Below, piece after piece: positions 29,301-38,789 of a DNA stretch of 64,000 bases. Below the pieces are notes generated by a model that saw nothing but the letters and a program-made list of their open reading frames with translations, was not told where the DNA came from and ran no database searches. Made by a program: the position numbers and the translations under genes. How positions within the stretch are numbered: position 1 is the stretch's first letter; each line of letters starts with the position of its first letter. Where the stretch lies: assembly GCA_045648925.1 (NCBI GenBank), contig JAZROY010000001.1:88618-152617 (forward strand). The letters are read 5' to 3'. Origin of the DNA: Candidatus Enterousia sp. Lineage in GTDB: Bacteria > Pseudomonadota > Alphaproteobacteria > Rs-D84.

Positions 29301-32300
29301 TCAGGGAAAGATTACTAGTTATGATTATAACAGTGGTATGACTTGTACAGCACAATGGGATACTGTTAATTATTCTATAAACTACAACAACAGTAATAAC
29401 AATATAACTTTTTCCGATGCTTGGTATTGGAATCAAACATTTACTTATACCATTGAATCTGACCCGATAACAATATCAGACGATGCGACAGCACAAGACA
29501 ATCATTATGATTTTGCTGGCTGGTGTGTTGGTGAAAACGACAATTGTAATGATAATGCATTGGTACAAACTTATACAATACCATCAGGAAGTACTGGCGA
29601 TGTCTATTTATGGGCGCACTGGCAGGTGGCAAAATATGATATTACATATTACGGAAATATAGAAGACTACAATGCAAACCCACAAGTACCACTTACATCA
29701 GAACAAATTACAAGTTATGGTTTGCCCGCAACATATACCTATGGAACGGAACAAGAATTGCCACCATTAACAATGGAACACTATGATTTCTTGGGATGGT
29801 ATTATAGCGACAATTTAAATGGTAACGCCATTACATCTATCGTGGCAGGAACAGAAGGCAATAAAACCCTTGTAGCCAAATGGGAACCACATACTTATAC
29901 AATTACATATTATAAAGATTCAACCAAAACAGATAATTATACTGGCGATGGATATGTGACTGAATATACTGTCGAAGACAATAATATCACACCTTTGCCA
30001 ACACCAACAGAAACATATTTTGAATTTGATGGTTGGACAAATTGTAGTGACGATAATGTGATTGATACTATTTACACTGCAAATGGTGGCGACAGAGAAC
30101 TTTGTGCGACATGGATACGCGTATCTTGCCCAGATGGTAGTTATTTAGTAAATCAAACATGTTATTCTTGCGCAACAGAAACGAGTGGGGTGTATCCATA
30201 TTCCGATGGCACAACAGCAACAGATTTATCGGCATGTTATACAACCTGCCCCGCAACACCAACTTGTCCAGAACATTCTGAAAATTGCGCGTATGATATT
30301 TATGTCGGTGGGAACAATATGTTTTTTGAAAAATCTATAACAACCGTCATTAATAATTATTATCACGAAGAAGATGGAGAAATGTTGTTGCCTTGTGGTG
30401 TTACATATGATTGTATGGAACGTTATCACCATGATGATTCTGGAACAACATGCGAACCAGACATATATAATGTCACATATTATGACGGCGAAACATCCAT
30501 GGAAGCGCTTTCTACCGATTTTGGTTCATATACCTATGGAACGGGTTTAACTTTGCCAACTGTCGCCAATATTGGTAATTATTATACAAAACCACACTAT
30601 ACATTTGTTGGCTGGCACAGAAACCCTGATTTAACTGATGAAGCCGTCACAGAAATATCAACCTCAGATGCTGGGGCGAAGGTATTTTATTCAGAATGGG
30701 AACCAACTGTGTATAAAATACAATTCTTGCGCGGGACAGAGGGCGATGGTGGCACAATGACTTATCAAGAAGCAAAGTTTGAACAATCGGTGACATTGAA
30801 CCCCAATGGGTTTACTGCTACCGGGCACACATTTGATAAATGGCTTTGCACAGCAACATATGAAAGTGGCGAAACATTCAATGGTGAATATCAAGACCAA
30901 GGGACTATTGCCAGTTACGATTTCAACAGCGATATGGAATGTACCGCAAAATGGAACCCGAATCAATATTCTTTAACATATAATTGTAACGGCGGAACAC
31001 TGGCTGTTTCCAACAATCCTGTGACTGTGTATTACAACAGAGAATATGTTTTAGATTCTTCTGTGTGTACAAAAGATAATAACAGCATATCTTCTTGGTC
31101 GTGTACGAACGGTTTTAATCCAACAAGCAGTTCAAAGTGGAATATTACCAATGATTCAACATGTACTGCGAATTGGACAGAAACAGAATATACTATCACA
31201 TACAAAGAAAAAGATGGAACAGTGTTAAGTAATTTACTGCCAAAGAAATATCGTTCTTCGCAAACACCTGTTGAAAATGTCCCAACGAGCAATCCACCAG
31301 CCACAGACCATTTTGAATTTGCTGGTTGGTGTGATGATGTGAATTTGACACAAAATTGTGCTTTGACACGCGAAATTCCACTAAATCATTCTGGCAATGT
31401 GGTATTTTATGCAAAATGGAATGCCACAGGATGCCCGGCTGGGCAATATCTGGACAATGGACAGTGTCTAACCTGTGAATCACCATTTACTTCGGATGCA
31501 TGGACGGCAACCCAGGCAACAGATTGCTATTATGACTGTAATGTCGTATGCCCAGACAATGCTTCGACATGTACTTTTACTGGGATTGAAAATGGGTTCA
31601 TTCATTATGGTTCCGGAATATCCATTTCTTCATGCCAAACAAACATGGTTTTTGATTGTGAACGCGGATATAAAAAGAATGCCAATTCATGCGTACTTGA
31701 TACATACAATATAAATTATCATAATATGGAAGACGCATCTTGGGAAAGTAATGCAATTCATCCAATATCTTATACAATAGAAAGTTCTTTGATTACAATC
31801 AGCGAACCTGTGCGTGATTGGTACAGATTTGATGGATGGTGTGTTGATAACGATGATTGTAATACACCGACAAAATCTTTTGTAATAAATCCAGAAATAA
31901 CTATTGGAAACATTGATTTATATGCCCAATGGACATTTAATGGATGCAGAACAGGTTATGTTGAACAAGACACTGCCACAGGAACAACATGCGTTCCAAG
32001 ATACTATCATATTACATACATAGATGGTGGGCAAGAATTGCCGAATTTTGCTACTGAGTTTACCATTGAAGACGAATTAATATCTTTGCCGTCTATGACA
32101 AAGCATGGGTATACTTTCAACGGGTGGTGTGTCAATGATTCTTTGTGCACACCAAATCAAATTGTTAAAGGCAGTATAACAGGTCCTTGGACGGTCGGGA
32201 ATAAAGTACTGTATGCGCAATGGAGCAAGAATGAATTCGTTTGTGATTCTAATAAATTCTTGCATATTGGTAATGACAAAGCATGTTTGATTACAACAAA

Positions 32301-32466
32301 ACCGTCATCGCCTGCGCTCGCCATCCGCAAGGGTAATCAGACATATTATTTGCACATGACACAAAATGAGCGTTTAAAAATGAACGAAAAATCCAACAAA
32401 CGGTTGAAAATTTTGTACGAAGGGGATATATACAATGTCCACGATGATTCATCAGCAACAAAATAA
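26371..32466 (+). CDS. Giant Cys-rich surface protein with InlB B-repeat (Listeria-Bacteroides) domains
   Basis: Signal peptide; many YTITY...P...GY.F.GW...LYAKW repeats; three CS...CWC...C...C[A/P]..C modules; basic C-terminal domain. Confidence 0.85.
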   Translation: MPDFVRFSSILKTAFFAIVMVFGLSNACSASSICPGGYKVQTNLFADLQHCGVSGSVGYEHTGNASTSDASTNTWISYFPSFRVKGRSYCSTTAPGDASQDVACPSIPRRPMADAINTSGSGRYCWCQATEHQAFSTVSNSWAAPFQKIYAKYVFLKDMGSSCQSSCAEYCSYMTKNFILDGSTDNPVIGVNLRASIYDSLLQCMPIENKITYISDGDIIDYQYYTGNSVTLKDEITKSYYSFKGWCETETCSNPMSGGSVKTGWSGEKTLYAQWELSSCENGLKTQYVNGTLTCTTECADGYEEQFNPFRAEYSSAPNEGTYCARKGNGSETNGTNWTASFSSYGYMVKGESYCSATAPLESTGTFDEACEMRLLPMLENIDTETSGKHCWCRATEYDQLVSNSTHTAYVVSTSTPLDSKYVYTTQLQRCSVDCPSLCGAMWGQNIFYGVVSVNLRTSIYRSLKKCQKTNYTLTLKDGEQTIDIMDYSVSDTVDLPVPSTVHTGYEFVGWCEDLNDCPDPMVGEQTGLFGNKTLYAKWVPEPYPIEYSLNGTTLTKSAPMTYTVDRTVVLDAPIVEDGYEFDGWVDETSGQDVEVLPTNTIKSGTARLAARVSVRASSAGNTTGSGSGSTSGLNFDSVTDYTIPATCDAGYEHSNIAGAVLDPKKDTNATITAHISGDNQSKKMSSFVPDIKNDGTSPLGVWGLLYAAGYNSSTQTVSNPFYWVYGESSCNGDTGGTPPDNLVYSNGYHETMNGQDNNGQNCWCRMTDYQIYNNEKQTNLQTPWVYLQMFNTTELCSRNCAPACRAAMVSNAFFRSQVFGDYSACKPKEYTITYELNGGHWTGNEPETTYTIVYHDVTVPNTVAREGFEFAGWCEGVNNPKSSACHAANETLTIPTGSSGDKTYYARWKTTINFYAGTVAVENNVPFPMSPKDVYYKETNITLPQNTFNRNGYSFTGWRCVAKDNNNNDVILEYPDQGKITSYDYNSGMTCTAQWDTVNYSINYNNSNNNITFSDAWYWNQTFTYTIESDPITISDDATAQDNHYDFAGWCVGENDNCNDNALVQTYTIPSGSTGDVYLWAHWQVAKYDITYYGNIEDYNANPQVPLTSEQITSYGLPATYTYGTEQELPPLTMEHYDFLGWYYSDNLNGNAITSIVAGTEGNKTLVAKWEPHTYTITYYKDSTKTDNYTGDGYVTEYTVEDNNITPLPTPTETYFEFDGWTNCSDDNVIDTIYTANGGDRELCATWIRVSCPDGSYLVNQTCYSCATETSGVYPYSDGTTATDLSACYTTCPATPTCPEHSENCAYDIYVGGNNMFFEKSITTVINNYYHEEDGEMLLPCGVTYDCMERYHHDDSGTTCEPDIYNVTYYDGETSMEALSTDFGSYTYGTGLTLPTVANIGNYYTKPHYTFVGWHRNPDLTDEAVTEISTSDAGAKVFYSEWEPTVYKIQFLRGTEGDGGTMTYQEAKFEQSVTLNPNGFTATGHTFDKWLCTATYESGETFNGEYQDQGTIASYDFNSDMECTAKWNPNQYSLTYNCNGGTLAVSNNPVTVYYNREYVLDSSVCTKDNNSISSWSCTNGFNPTSSSKWNITNDSTCTANWTETEYTITYKEKDGTVLSNLLPKKYRSSQTPVENVPTSNPPATDHFEFAGWCDDVNLTQNCALTREIPLNHSGNVVFYAKWNATGCPAGQYLDNGQCLTCESPFTSDAWTATQATDCYYDCNVVCPDNASTCTFTGIENGFIHYGSGISISSCQTNMVFDCERGYKKNANSCVLDTYNINYHNMEDASWESNAIHPISYTIESSLITISEPVRDWYRFDGWCVDNDDCNTPTKSFVINPEITIGNIDLYAQWTFNGCRTGYVEQDTATGTTCVPRYYHITYIDGGQELPNFATEFTIEDELISLPSMTKHGYTFNGWCVNDSLCTPNQIVKGSITGPWTVGNKVLYAQWSKNEFVCDSNKFLHIGNDKACLITTKPSSPALAIRKGNQTYYLHMTQNERLKMNEKSNKRLKILYEGDIYNVHDDSSATK

Positions 32467-32494
32467 AAAGCCGCGTTTACCGCGGTCTTTTTTT
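32466..32494. terminator. Bidirectional intrinsic terminator
   Basis: GCCGCG-TTTAC-CGCGGT flanked by A and T runs between convergent genes. Confidence 0.65.
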
Positions 32495-33685
32495 TTATAC
32501 ATCAAAATCATATGAATTTATAGATTTTACAATCGCAGCAACCAATTTATTTTGATGTGAATCTGATTTCAAAAGGTTCTCTTCGTTTTTATTAGACAAA
32601 TGCCCCAATTCAATCAATGCCCCTGGCACAGTTGAACGCAATACCGCAAAAGGTGCATGACGAACGGATGGTCCTTTTTGTTGTTCTATGGACGCACGAT
32701 TTAATGATTTGGCGCAACTGTTTGCGTATTCTTCGCTTAGTTCTGCAACAGCATGTTGCTGTAATGATGACAAAGCGACACGAATATCTTTGGAAAATTG
32801 TTCAAAACCATTTACATCGATTTTGTCTGCTGCATTTTCGGATTCCGCCAATTTTTGCGCTTCTTCGTCCGAGGCCTTTTCTGACAAAGTGTAAACAGAA
32901 AAGCCCTTTACATTACGGCTTGGGTTAGCATTGGCGTGCAAAGATATAAACAAATCAGCGCGTTTCTTTTCCGCGAATTCCGCGCGTTCCGCCAATTTCA
33001 GAAAACTATCGCTCGAACGCGTTAAAAATGTTTTGTAACCCGCGGCATCCAGTGAATTTTTTAATTTTTTTGCAACAGATAATACAACCGTTTTTTCCTT
33101 GGTTCCGCCCTTTCCAATACAGCCAGGGTCTTTACCACCATGTCCAGGATCAATAACAATTATATGTTTATTATTATTTGTTGATTGAGCATTTGTTTTG
33201 GTTTCTTTGGTTGGTTGTGTCGTTGCCGCCCGTGCTGTTGTGGTTTCGGTTATCCCCTTACCCGTTCCGGCAACAAAATCAATCACAAGACGATAATCAT
33301 TATCACCATTTGGTTCCAAAAGCATTATTTGTTTTTTATCAATCGCATCTATCATCGAACCCAATGTTGCAACAATTTTTAATACAGAACCTTCTTGAAT
33401 TTGTGTAACCCTTTTTACCAGTGTTCCGTTTGCCAATTTTGGTTGAATATCTGATTTACCATTTGTATTAGACAAATTAACAATCAATTGTTTATCACCA
33501 TAAGACAATGTATAAGATGGTCGAGATGCCGTTTCGATTACTAATCTTGTTTTACCACCCGGTTGCAATCCTGTTCGCATTGAACGCAGCACATTTGGCA
33601 CAGAAAAAGCCACCCGCGGCGCAAGCCCGATAACCAAAGCAGAAAAACTTACCGTTTTTAAAAATCCCCTTCGCGATACTTTCAT
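32495..33685 (-). CDS. amiC: N-acetylmuramoyl-L-alanine amidase (AmiC-like, Tat signal)
   Basis: SRRGFLK Tat motif, AMIN-like region, IDPGHGGKDPG, FISLHAN, LIELG. Confidence 0.9.
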   Translation of the reverse strand: MKVSRRGFLKTVSFSALVIGLAPRVAFSVPNVLRSMRTGLQPGGKTRLVIETASRPSYTLSYGDKQLIVNLSNTNGKSDIQPKLANGTLVKRVTQIQEGSVLKIVATLGSMIDAIDKKQIMLLEPNGDNDYRLVIDFVAGTGKGITETTTARAATTQPTKETKTNAQSTNNNKHIIVIDPGHGGKDPGCIGKGGTKEKTVVLSVAKKLKNSLDAAGYKTFLTRSSDSFLKLAERAEFAEKKRADLFISLHANANPSRNVKGFSVYTLSEKASDEEAQKLAESENAADKIDVNGFEQFSKDIRVALSSLQQHAVAELSEEYANSCAKSLNRASIEQQKGPSVRHAPFAVLRSTVPGALIELGHLSNKNEENLLKSDSHQNKLVAAIVKSINSYDFDV

Positions 33686-33747
33686 AGCATGAATTATATC
33701 AAAAAAATCCATAAGTTTCAAGCAAGGCGATTAAATTTTTCCCAATA

Positions 33748-33770
33748 AAAAAGCGCCGATTGGCGCTTTT
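33748..33770 (-). terminator. Intrinsic terminator
   Basis: AAAAGCGCC-GATT-GGCGCTTTT. Confidence 0.6.
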
Positions 33771-33788
33771 GTTAAAAAATTTCAAAAC

Positions 33789-35036
33789 CTATCTGCTGAC
33801 ACAATTTGCAAAAGCGTTCGCAATCAATGAAGTTTCTGATTGAGTCAAAGTTGTGACCGGTACAGTATAACAGCGCGTACTGTCGCGAATAATAAACACC
33901 TTGGTTCCACGTTTATATGCCTTTTGCATTAAATCCATTTGTGTTGAAGTCAAAAATGGATTCTGGGTCAAAGAACTGTTTGTTAAACCCGCCTGGACAA
34001 CCTGGTTTGCACTGGTATAATCATACAATTCAGACATCGAAGTTACTTCCATAAAAATACTTTGGTCTTCGTATGGATTTTGCTTGGTATTATTGGTTGA
34101 TGGAAATGCCACATTTGCAACCAATGACACCGCATTTTGTAAATTAGGTGTTGTATTAGTTGTTGTCGGATGAGATACAGTATTTAACTGTAAATCATCA
34201 CCGCATGCCAAATTCATACGATTCGTATAACTGGCCAACACGGCATCAACCGCAGATTCCCAATTTGCACCCTTGTTATTCAAATCTAAACTGACTATTT
34301 TTTCAGCCCATCCCCAAACACTGGCCCCAACATTACCAGCATTAACAAATCGTGTTACCATCTCGGCAGAACCACCAGCAACCCCAGCACCACAATAATC
34401 AGTAAGTTGTGTTGTTAACATACTGGTTGTTTCATTGCCGTACGCCAAAGCCACAGAATGGCACGCCATTGCCGCTTCTAATTCACGACGACGTTGGATA
34501 CACAAATCAGAATGGGATTTTGTCAGTTTATCCGCCATATTCGCCATCGATAAATAAGACATCAATTCTTGCTGAACATAGGACGGACAAAGACGCGCAG
34601 CAGTATTCATTCCACCTGCGCCGTTCCTTGTCATAGTGTTATATTGCGGTAATAAAATAGAAGTATCTTTTTGCAAGCAAAGCAATGCATAATTATATAA
34701 TTCTGTTTCAGTTGCATACATACAACGACTGGAAGTTTTGCCAGGGACCGCCGTAGAATCACCACAGTAGTCAGATAAACAGTTCATAATTTTACGACGA
34801 CACGCAGTATCCACATCTGGTTGAGTAATCAAGAAATATGTATTGCGCTGATTTTGAATATACGCATTGGCAATGCCCTTTTGTCCGCGACTGCCCGCGG
34901 TTGAAACACCAGCAGAATTAGTATAAACCGATGCACGCGATGAATCAGTGACAACCGTCCCAGCAGAAACAGCCATCGCTGCATCGCCCATCAAAAAAGC
35001 GCCGATACATCCAAAAGTCAACCAAAAATTTTTCAT
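33789..35036 (-). CDS. Secreted Cys-rich hypothetical protein (ends CVSR)
   Basis: Signal peptide ending AMA; about 12 Cys; no recognised domain. Confidence 0.75.
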   Translation of the reverse strand: MKNFWLTFGCIGAFLMGDAAMAVSAGTVVTDSSRASVYTNSAGVSTAGSRGQKGIANAYIQNQRNTYFLITQPDVDTACRRKIMNCLSDYCGDSTAVPGKTSSRCMYATETELYNYALLCLQKDTSILLPQYNTMTRNGAGGMNTAARLCPSYVQQELMSYLSMANMADKLTKSHSDLCIQRRRELEAAMACHSVALAYGNETTSMLTTQLTDYCGAGVAGGSAEMVTRFVNAGNVGASVWGWAEKIVSLDLNNKGANWESAVDAVLASYTNRMNLACGDDLQLNTVSHPTTTNTTPNLQNAVSLVANVAFPSTNNTKQNPYEDQSIFMEVTSMSELYDYTSANQVVQAGLTNSSLTQNPFLTSTQMDLMQKAYKRGTKVFIIRDSTRCYTVPVTTLTQSETSLIANAFANCVSR

Positions 35037-35152
35037 AAGAAATCCCTCTCGTTAGATTTATTTTATCACATTTAAAATATAAACGCAATAAAACTTTGAT
35101 GATAAAAATACAAAAATGTTGATTTAGGCAAATAAATTGCTATATTTTGAAC

Positions 35153-36224
35153 ATGATTGCGATAAACAACGATATTTTGAATCAAATACATGACGACATT
35201 TGCGCGTTAAGGGGGTTTCTTTGACCCAAAAAAAATCCAATCTGAAATAAATAAGTTAAATGATATTTCAAACGCACCAGATTTATGGAACAATCCAGAA
35301 TATGCCCGCGGAGTTTTACAGAAAAAATCAAATATGGAAAAGCAGTTATCTGAATTTAACCATTTGGAACAAGAATATAAAAATCTGGTTGAATTATACG
35401 AACTGTCCCCAGACGACAAAGATGTTCTGAGTGCAATTTCCATTTTGGCAGATGAAGTACATCACGCAAAGTTTATCACCCTGTTTCGCGATCCAATGGA
35501 CAACAATGGTGCGTTTTTGTTTATCCAGGCGGGTGCCGGTGGAACCGAGGCGCAAGATTGGGCGCAGATGCTTTCGCGTATGTACACAAGATGGTGCGAA
35601 AGACACGGATTTAATATCGAAACAGTTGAAGAACATGCTGGCGATGTTGCAGGTATAAAAAGTATAACCTTTCGTATATCTGGTGAACGCGCGTTTGGCT
35701 GGCTTAAAAACGAAATCGGTGTTCACAGATTGGTTCGCATATCACCTTTTAACGCAAACGGGAAAAGACAGACCAGTTTTGCATCCATAGATGTGTGGCC
35801 TGATGTTGATGATTCCATAGAAATCGAAATAAATGAAAAAGATTTGCGTATTGATACTTATCGTGCAAGCGGTGCCGGCGGACAACATGTTAACAAGACA
35901 GATTCTGCGGTCAGAATCACACATATCCCAACAAATACCGTTGTGACTTGCCAGAATGAACGCAGTCAAATTCAAAATCGCGAAATGGCGATGAAGATGT
36001 TAAAATCGCGTCTTTATGAATTAGAAATGCAAAAACGCGCTGCCGAAGAAGATGCTGCCAAGGCAGCACAAAAAAAGATTGAATGGGGCAGTCAAATTCG
36101 CAACTATGTCCTTTATCCATATCAATTGGTCAAAGATGTGCGCACGAATGTAGAAAAAACAGATTCTGCCGCTGTTCTGGACGGCGATTTAGACGATTTT
36201 ATGCTTGCAATGTTGGGGAGATAA
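35153..36224 (+). CDS. prfB: Peptide chain release factor 2 with programmed +1 frameshift
   Basis: Internal SD AGGGGG then TTT-CTT-TGA-C at 35210-35225; the +1 frame contains SPF and GGQ motifs. Confidence 0.97.
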
Positions 36225-36226
36225 TT

Positions 36227-37003
36227 ATGAACAAGAAAGATTCACAAATCTTAGAAATAAAAAAGATATACCCAAACACAAAAGATATTTTTAAACTTGA
36301 TGTTGCGGCAGGCAATGTCCACGATATTTATGTCGCAATTACTCAGAACGAAGACAAATTTATATGCAGATTTTCACCTAAAAATACCGCCATACATAAT
36401 ATTTATGTCAGCAAACTTTTGACATCTTATGATATAAATGCCCCGAAAGTATCTTTGCACAAATCTGCCCAAGGATATTGCGAAACATACCCTTTTATCG
36501 AAGGGAAAACCTTTTACGAACGCATAAACGAAGGTATTTCAAAAGAAAAACAAGCACACATATATATGCAAATGTTCAATCTTGCATGTAAAATTTCAAA
36601 AATACCCTATAATTGCAAAGTGCGTCCATCCGTCTGTTTAACTTGCAAAATTTCGGGGGCTTTTTTCAATCATCTTAATTTAAGCGATTTTGTATTATGT
36701 CATACAGATATGCACGCTAAAAATGTTATCTTGGATGCTCAAGATAATTTATTTGCCATTATTGATTTAGATGCTATATTTCCAGATTATATCGCATTTT
36801 CTCTAATAAATCTTATCAGAGATGCCAAAACTCATGGATGTGATACAACAGAAATAATTAAACTTTGTGAAGAACAATATATTTTACCCAAATTTATGGA
36901 TATAGAAACGCAATCAAAAATTTATTCAAAAATGAAATCTGTTATCATATCAATGCTTGGCGATAAAATGGTTAAACAAATATTGAAAATTCGCGTAAGA
37001 TGA
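36227..37003 (+). CDS. Aminoglycoside phosphotransferase/choline kinase-like protein (ends KIRVR)
   Basis: Brenner-like LCHTDMHAKNVIL and IIDLD motifs. Confidence 0.75.
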   Translation: MNKKDSQILEIKKIYPNTKDIFKLDVAAGNVHDIYVAITQNEDKFICRFSPKNTAIHNIYVSKLLTSYDINAPKVSLHKSAQGYCETYPFIEGKTFYERINEGISKEKQAHIYMQMFNLACKISKIPYNCKVRPSVCLTCKISGAFFNHLNLSDFVLCHTDMHAKNVILDAQDNLFAIIDLDAIFPDYIAFSLINLIRDAKTHGCDTTEIIKLCEEQYILPKFMDIETQSKIYSKMKSVIISMLGDKMVKQILKIRVR

Positions 37004-37021
37004 TATAAAATATACATACAA

Positions 37022-37098
37022 GCACCCATAGCATAACTGGATAATGCATTGCCCTCCGAAGGCAAAGATTGCAGGTTCGAATCCCGCTGGGTGCACCA
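37022..37098 (+). tRNA. tRNA-Arg(CCG)
   Basis: GCACCCA/TGGGTGC acceptor, TTGCC-CTCCGAA-GGCAA, GGTTCGAATCC, CCA. Confidence 0.95.
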
Positions 37099-37104
37099 TA
37101 AATT

Positions 37105-37262
37105 AAACCGACCGTTTTGGTCGGTTTTATTTGTGGCGTTTTCTCCCAAGGGAGAAGAACCGAAAAAGTTGCGAAGCAACGACAGGTTCGCTCTTTCTCC
37201 CCCTCCGGGCGGGGAATATTTGCTCTCATCGCGGTACAAATTCTTCCCATTTAGGGGAATCG
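37105..37262 (+). repeat. Terminator plus GC-rich multi-hairpin tRNA-linked element
   Basis: AAACCGACC/GGTCGGTTT terminator, then TTCTCCC/GGGAGAA, GAACC...GTTGC/GCAAC...GGTTC and TCCCC/GGGGA. Confidence 0.6.
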
Positions 37263-37291
37263 ACCATAAAAAATTATCACTCTACTACTTA

Positions 37292-37319
37292 TTGACAAAT
37301 GTATATTTTGTATTATAAT
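37292..37319 (+). promoter_or_regulatory. Sigma70 promoter
   Basis: TTGACA-16-TATAAT. Confidence 0.6.
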
Positions 37320-37348
37320 ACAAGAAAGAACTCTAAGGGTGGTTATAA

Positions 37349-37807
37349 ATGAAAAAACAACATTATATTTTGGCTTTCGGTTTATTGTTGCTGTTATCGA
37401 CTGGGTGCAACAAAGAAAAAACAGTTACCAGAAAAACTGTCGTTGTTGAACATGAAAAATTTCATGATTTTGACGAAGATGACCCGGGGTTCGGTTCTTT
37501 ATTCTGTCGTGATTTGGAAGACACCGTCTTGCGCTTTATACCATACGATGGATACAGTTATGACTATGTTGAACTTGGGGACACTCTTGTTCTGGAAATG
37601 TCAAAGAAAATGTACAAAAAAGAATACAACAGATGCAACACCATGTTTCCCGAAGAAATGGTTATTGACCCAGATTCTGTTCTTTACAAAAAAAATCAAA
37701 TATTGAAAAACGATTCATTAACCAACGCAAGACGCGCAAAACTGCGCAGAAAACTTATGCGAAACCCTATTCAAATCGTTGCATCAAAAGCAGAACGCAT
37801 AAGATAA
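37349..37807 (+). CDS. Hypothetical lipoprotein (ends AERIR)
   Basis: Signal peptide with lipobox STGC. Confidence 0.75.
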   Translation: MKKQHYILAFGLLLLLSTGCNKEKTVTRKTVVVEHEKFHDFDEDDPGFGSLFCRDLEDTVLRFIPYDGYSYDYVELGDTLVLEMSKKMYKKEYNRCNTMFPEEMVIDPDSVLYKKNQILKNDSLTNARRAKLRRKLMRNPIQIVASKAERIR

Positions 37808-37820
37808 ACATATTAACATC

Positions 37821-37850
37821 AAAAAAGCGCAATAATTTTGCGCTTTTTTA
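37821..37850. terminator. Bidirectional intrinsic terminator
   Basis: AAAAAAGCGCAA...TTGCGCTTTTTT. Confidence 0.65.
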
Positions 37851-37868
37851 TTTTTATTGCCCACCAAG

Positions 37869-38702
37869 TTATCTTGTCTTCCCAGCAATGTAAATGTAAT
37901 TTGTGAAAGAGTGAGCATCAAGATAAAATGTCGAAATCGCCCAACCTTTATATGCCAACACTATGCTGTTATACAATTTTTTGTTGTTATCCAAAGCTTT
38001 CTTAATTATGCCCATCGCACAATCAATTCTTGCGTTGTATTCTTTCACATCAATTTTTCCAGATTTAACTTTACTTACCAAATCATCAGCAATGGCAGAC
38101 AACTTTTTTGTATCCGCTTTGTCCATATTTGCAATCAATAATGCAGTGATGTTATCTGCTAAGCCAGGATTATATTCATGCAACATACTGTCGTCCAGTT
38201 CAGGATGTATAGTTTTTAAATAATCAAATAAGTATACCGACAATCTGTTGTAAATATCTTTATTGTTTTTATCCGATTGCTTGGTTCCACCAACACATGC
38301 GCAAAAGCAAACCAAACAACCCAGCACACCCCACGCAACCATTGCACTGGTTTTGTGTTTTTGATTAAGGTTACCCATGTTCCAATGGTCTTCTTCATAA
38401 ATCATTCCTGTTCCAATTGCTGTTATTCCCCCACCCAAAAGGCTGCAATAGATTATCAAGCCCCACTCCAATGGTGCCAAATTTCTTAACACTTCTTTCA
38501 AAGGCATACGGCGTTTAATTTTTTTATTGTTATCTGATACAGTTTTATCAAAATCTGTTTTTGATTTTAAATTTTTAATATATTGCGCCCTTTTTTCTTC
38601 TGGATGGAGAAAATCGTGTTCTTTTTCAAGAATCTTTTGAACATCTTTCATATTTTTTACCCTTTGTTGCTGTTTATATGCCCCATAATAGTCCAAAAAC
38701 AT
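37869..38702 (-). CDS. Hypothetical membrane protein with two TM helices (ends GKTR)
   Basis: Two hydrophobic segments; the true start may be the downstream MKDVQ. Confidence 0.7.
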   Translation of the reverse strand: MFLDYYGAYKQQQRVKNMKDVQKILEKEHDFLHPEEKRAQYIKNLKSKTDFDKTVSDNNKKIKRRMPLKEVLRNLAPLEWGLIIYCSLLGGGITAIGTGMIYEEDHWNMGNLNQKHKTSAMVAWGVLGCLVCFCACVGGTKQSDKNNKDIYNRLSVYLFDYLKTIHPELDDSMLHEYNPGLADNITALLIANMDKADTKKLSAIADDLVSKVKSGKIDVKEYNARIDCAMGIIKKALDNNKKLYNSIVLAYKGWAISTFYLDAHSFTNYIYIAGKTR

Positions 38703-38789
38703 AATCAGTCAACATTTTTTGTATTTCCCTTGATTTTATATCCGAAAACAAATATTATTGTCGCGTAAATATTAAAGGATTTTTATAAT

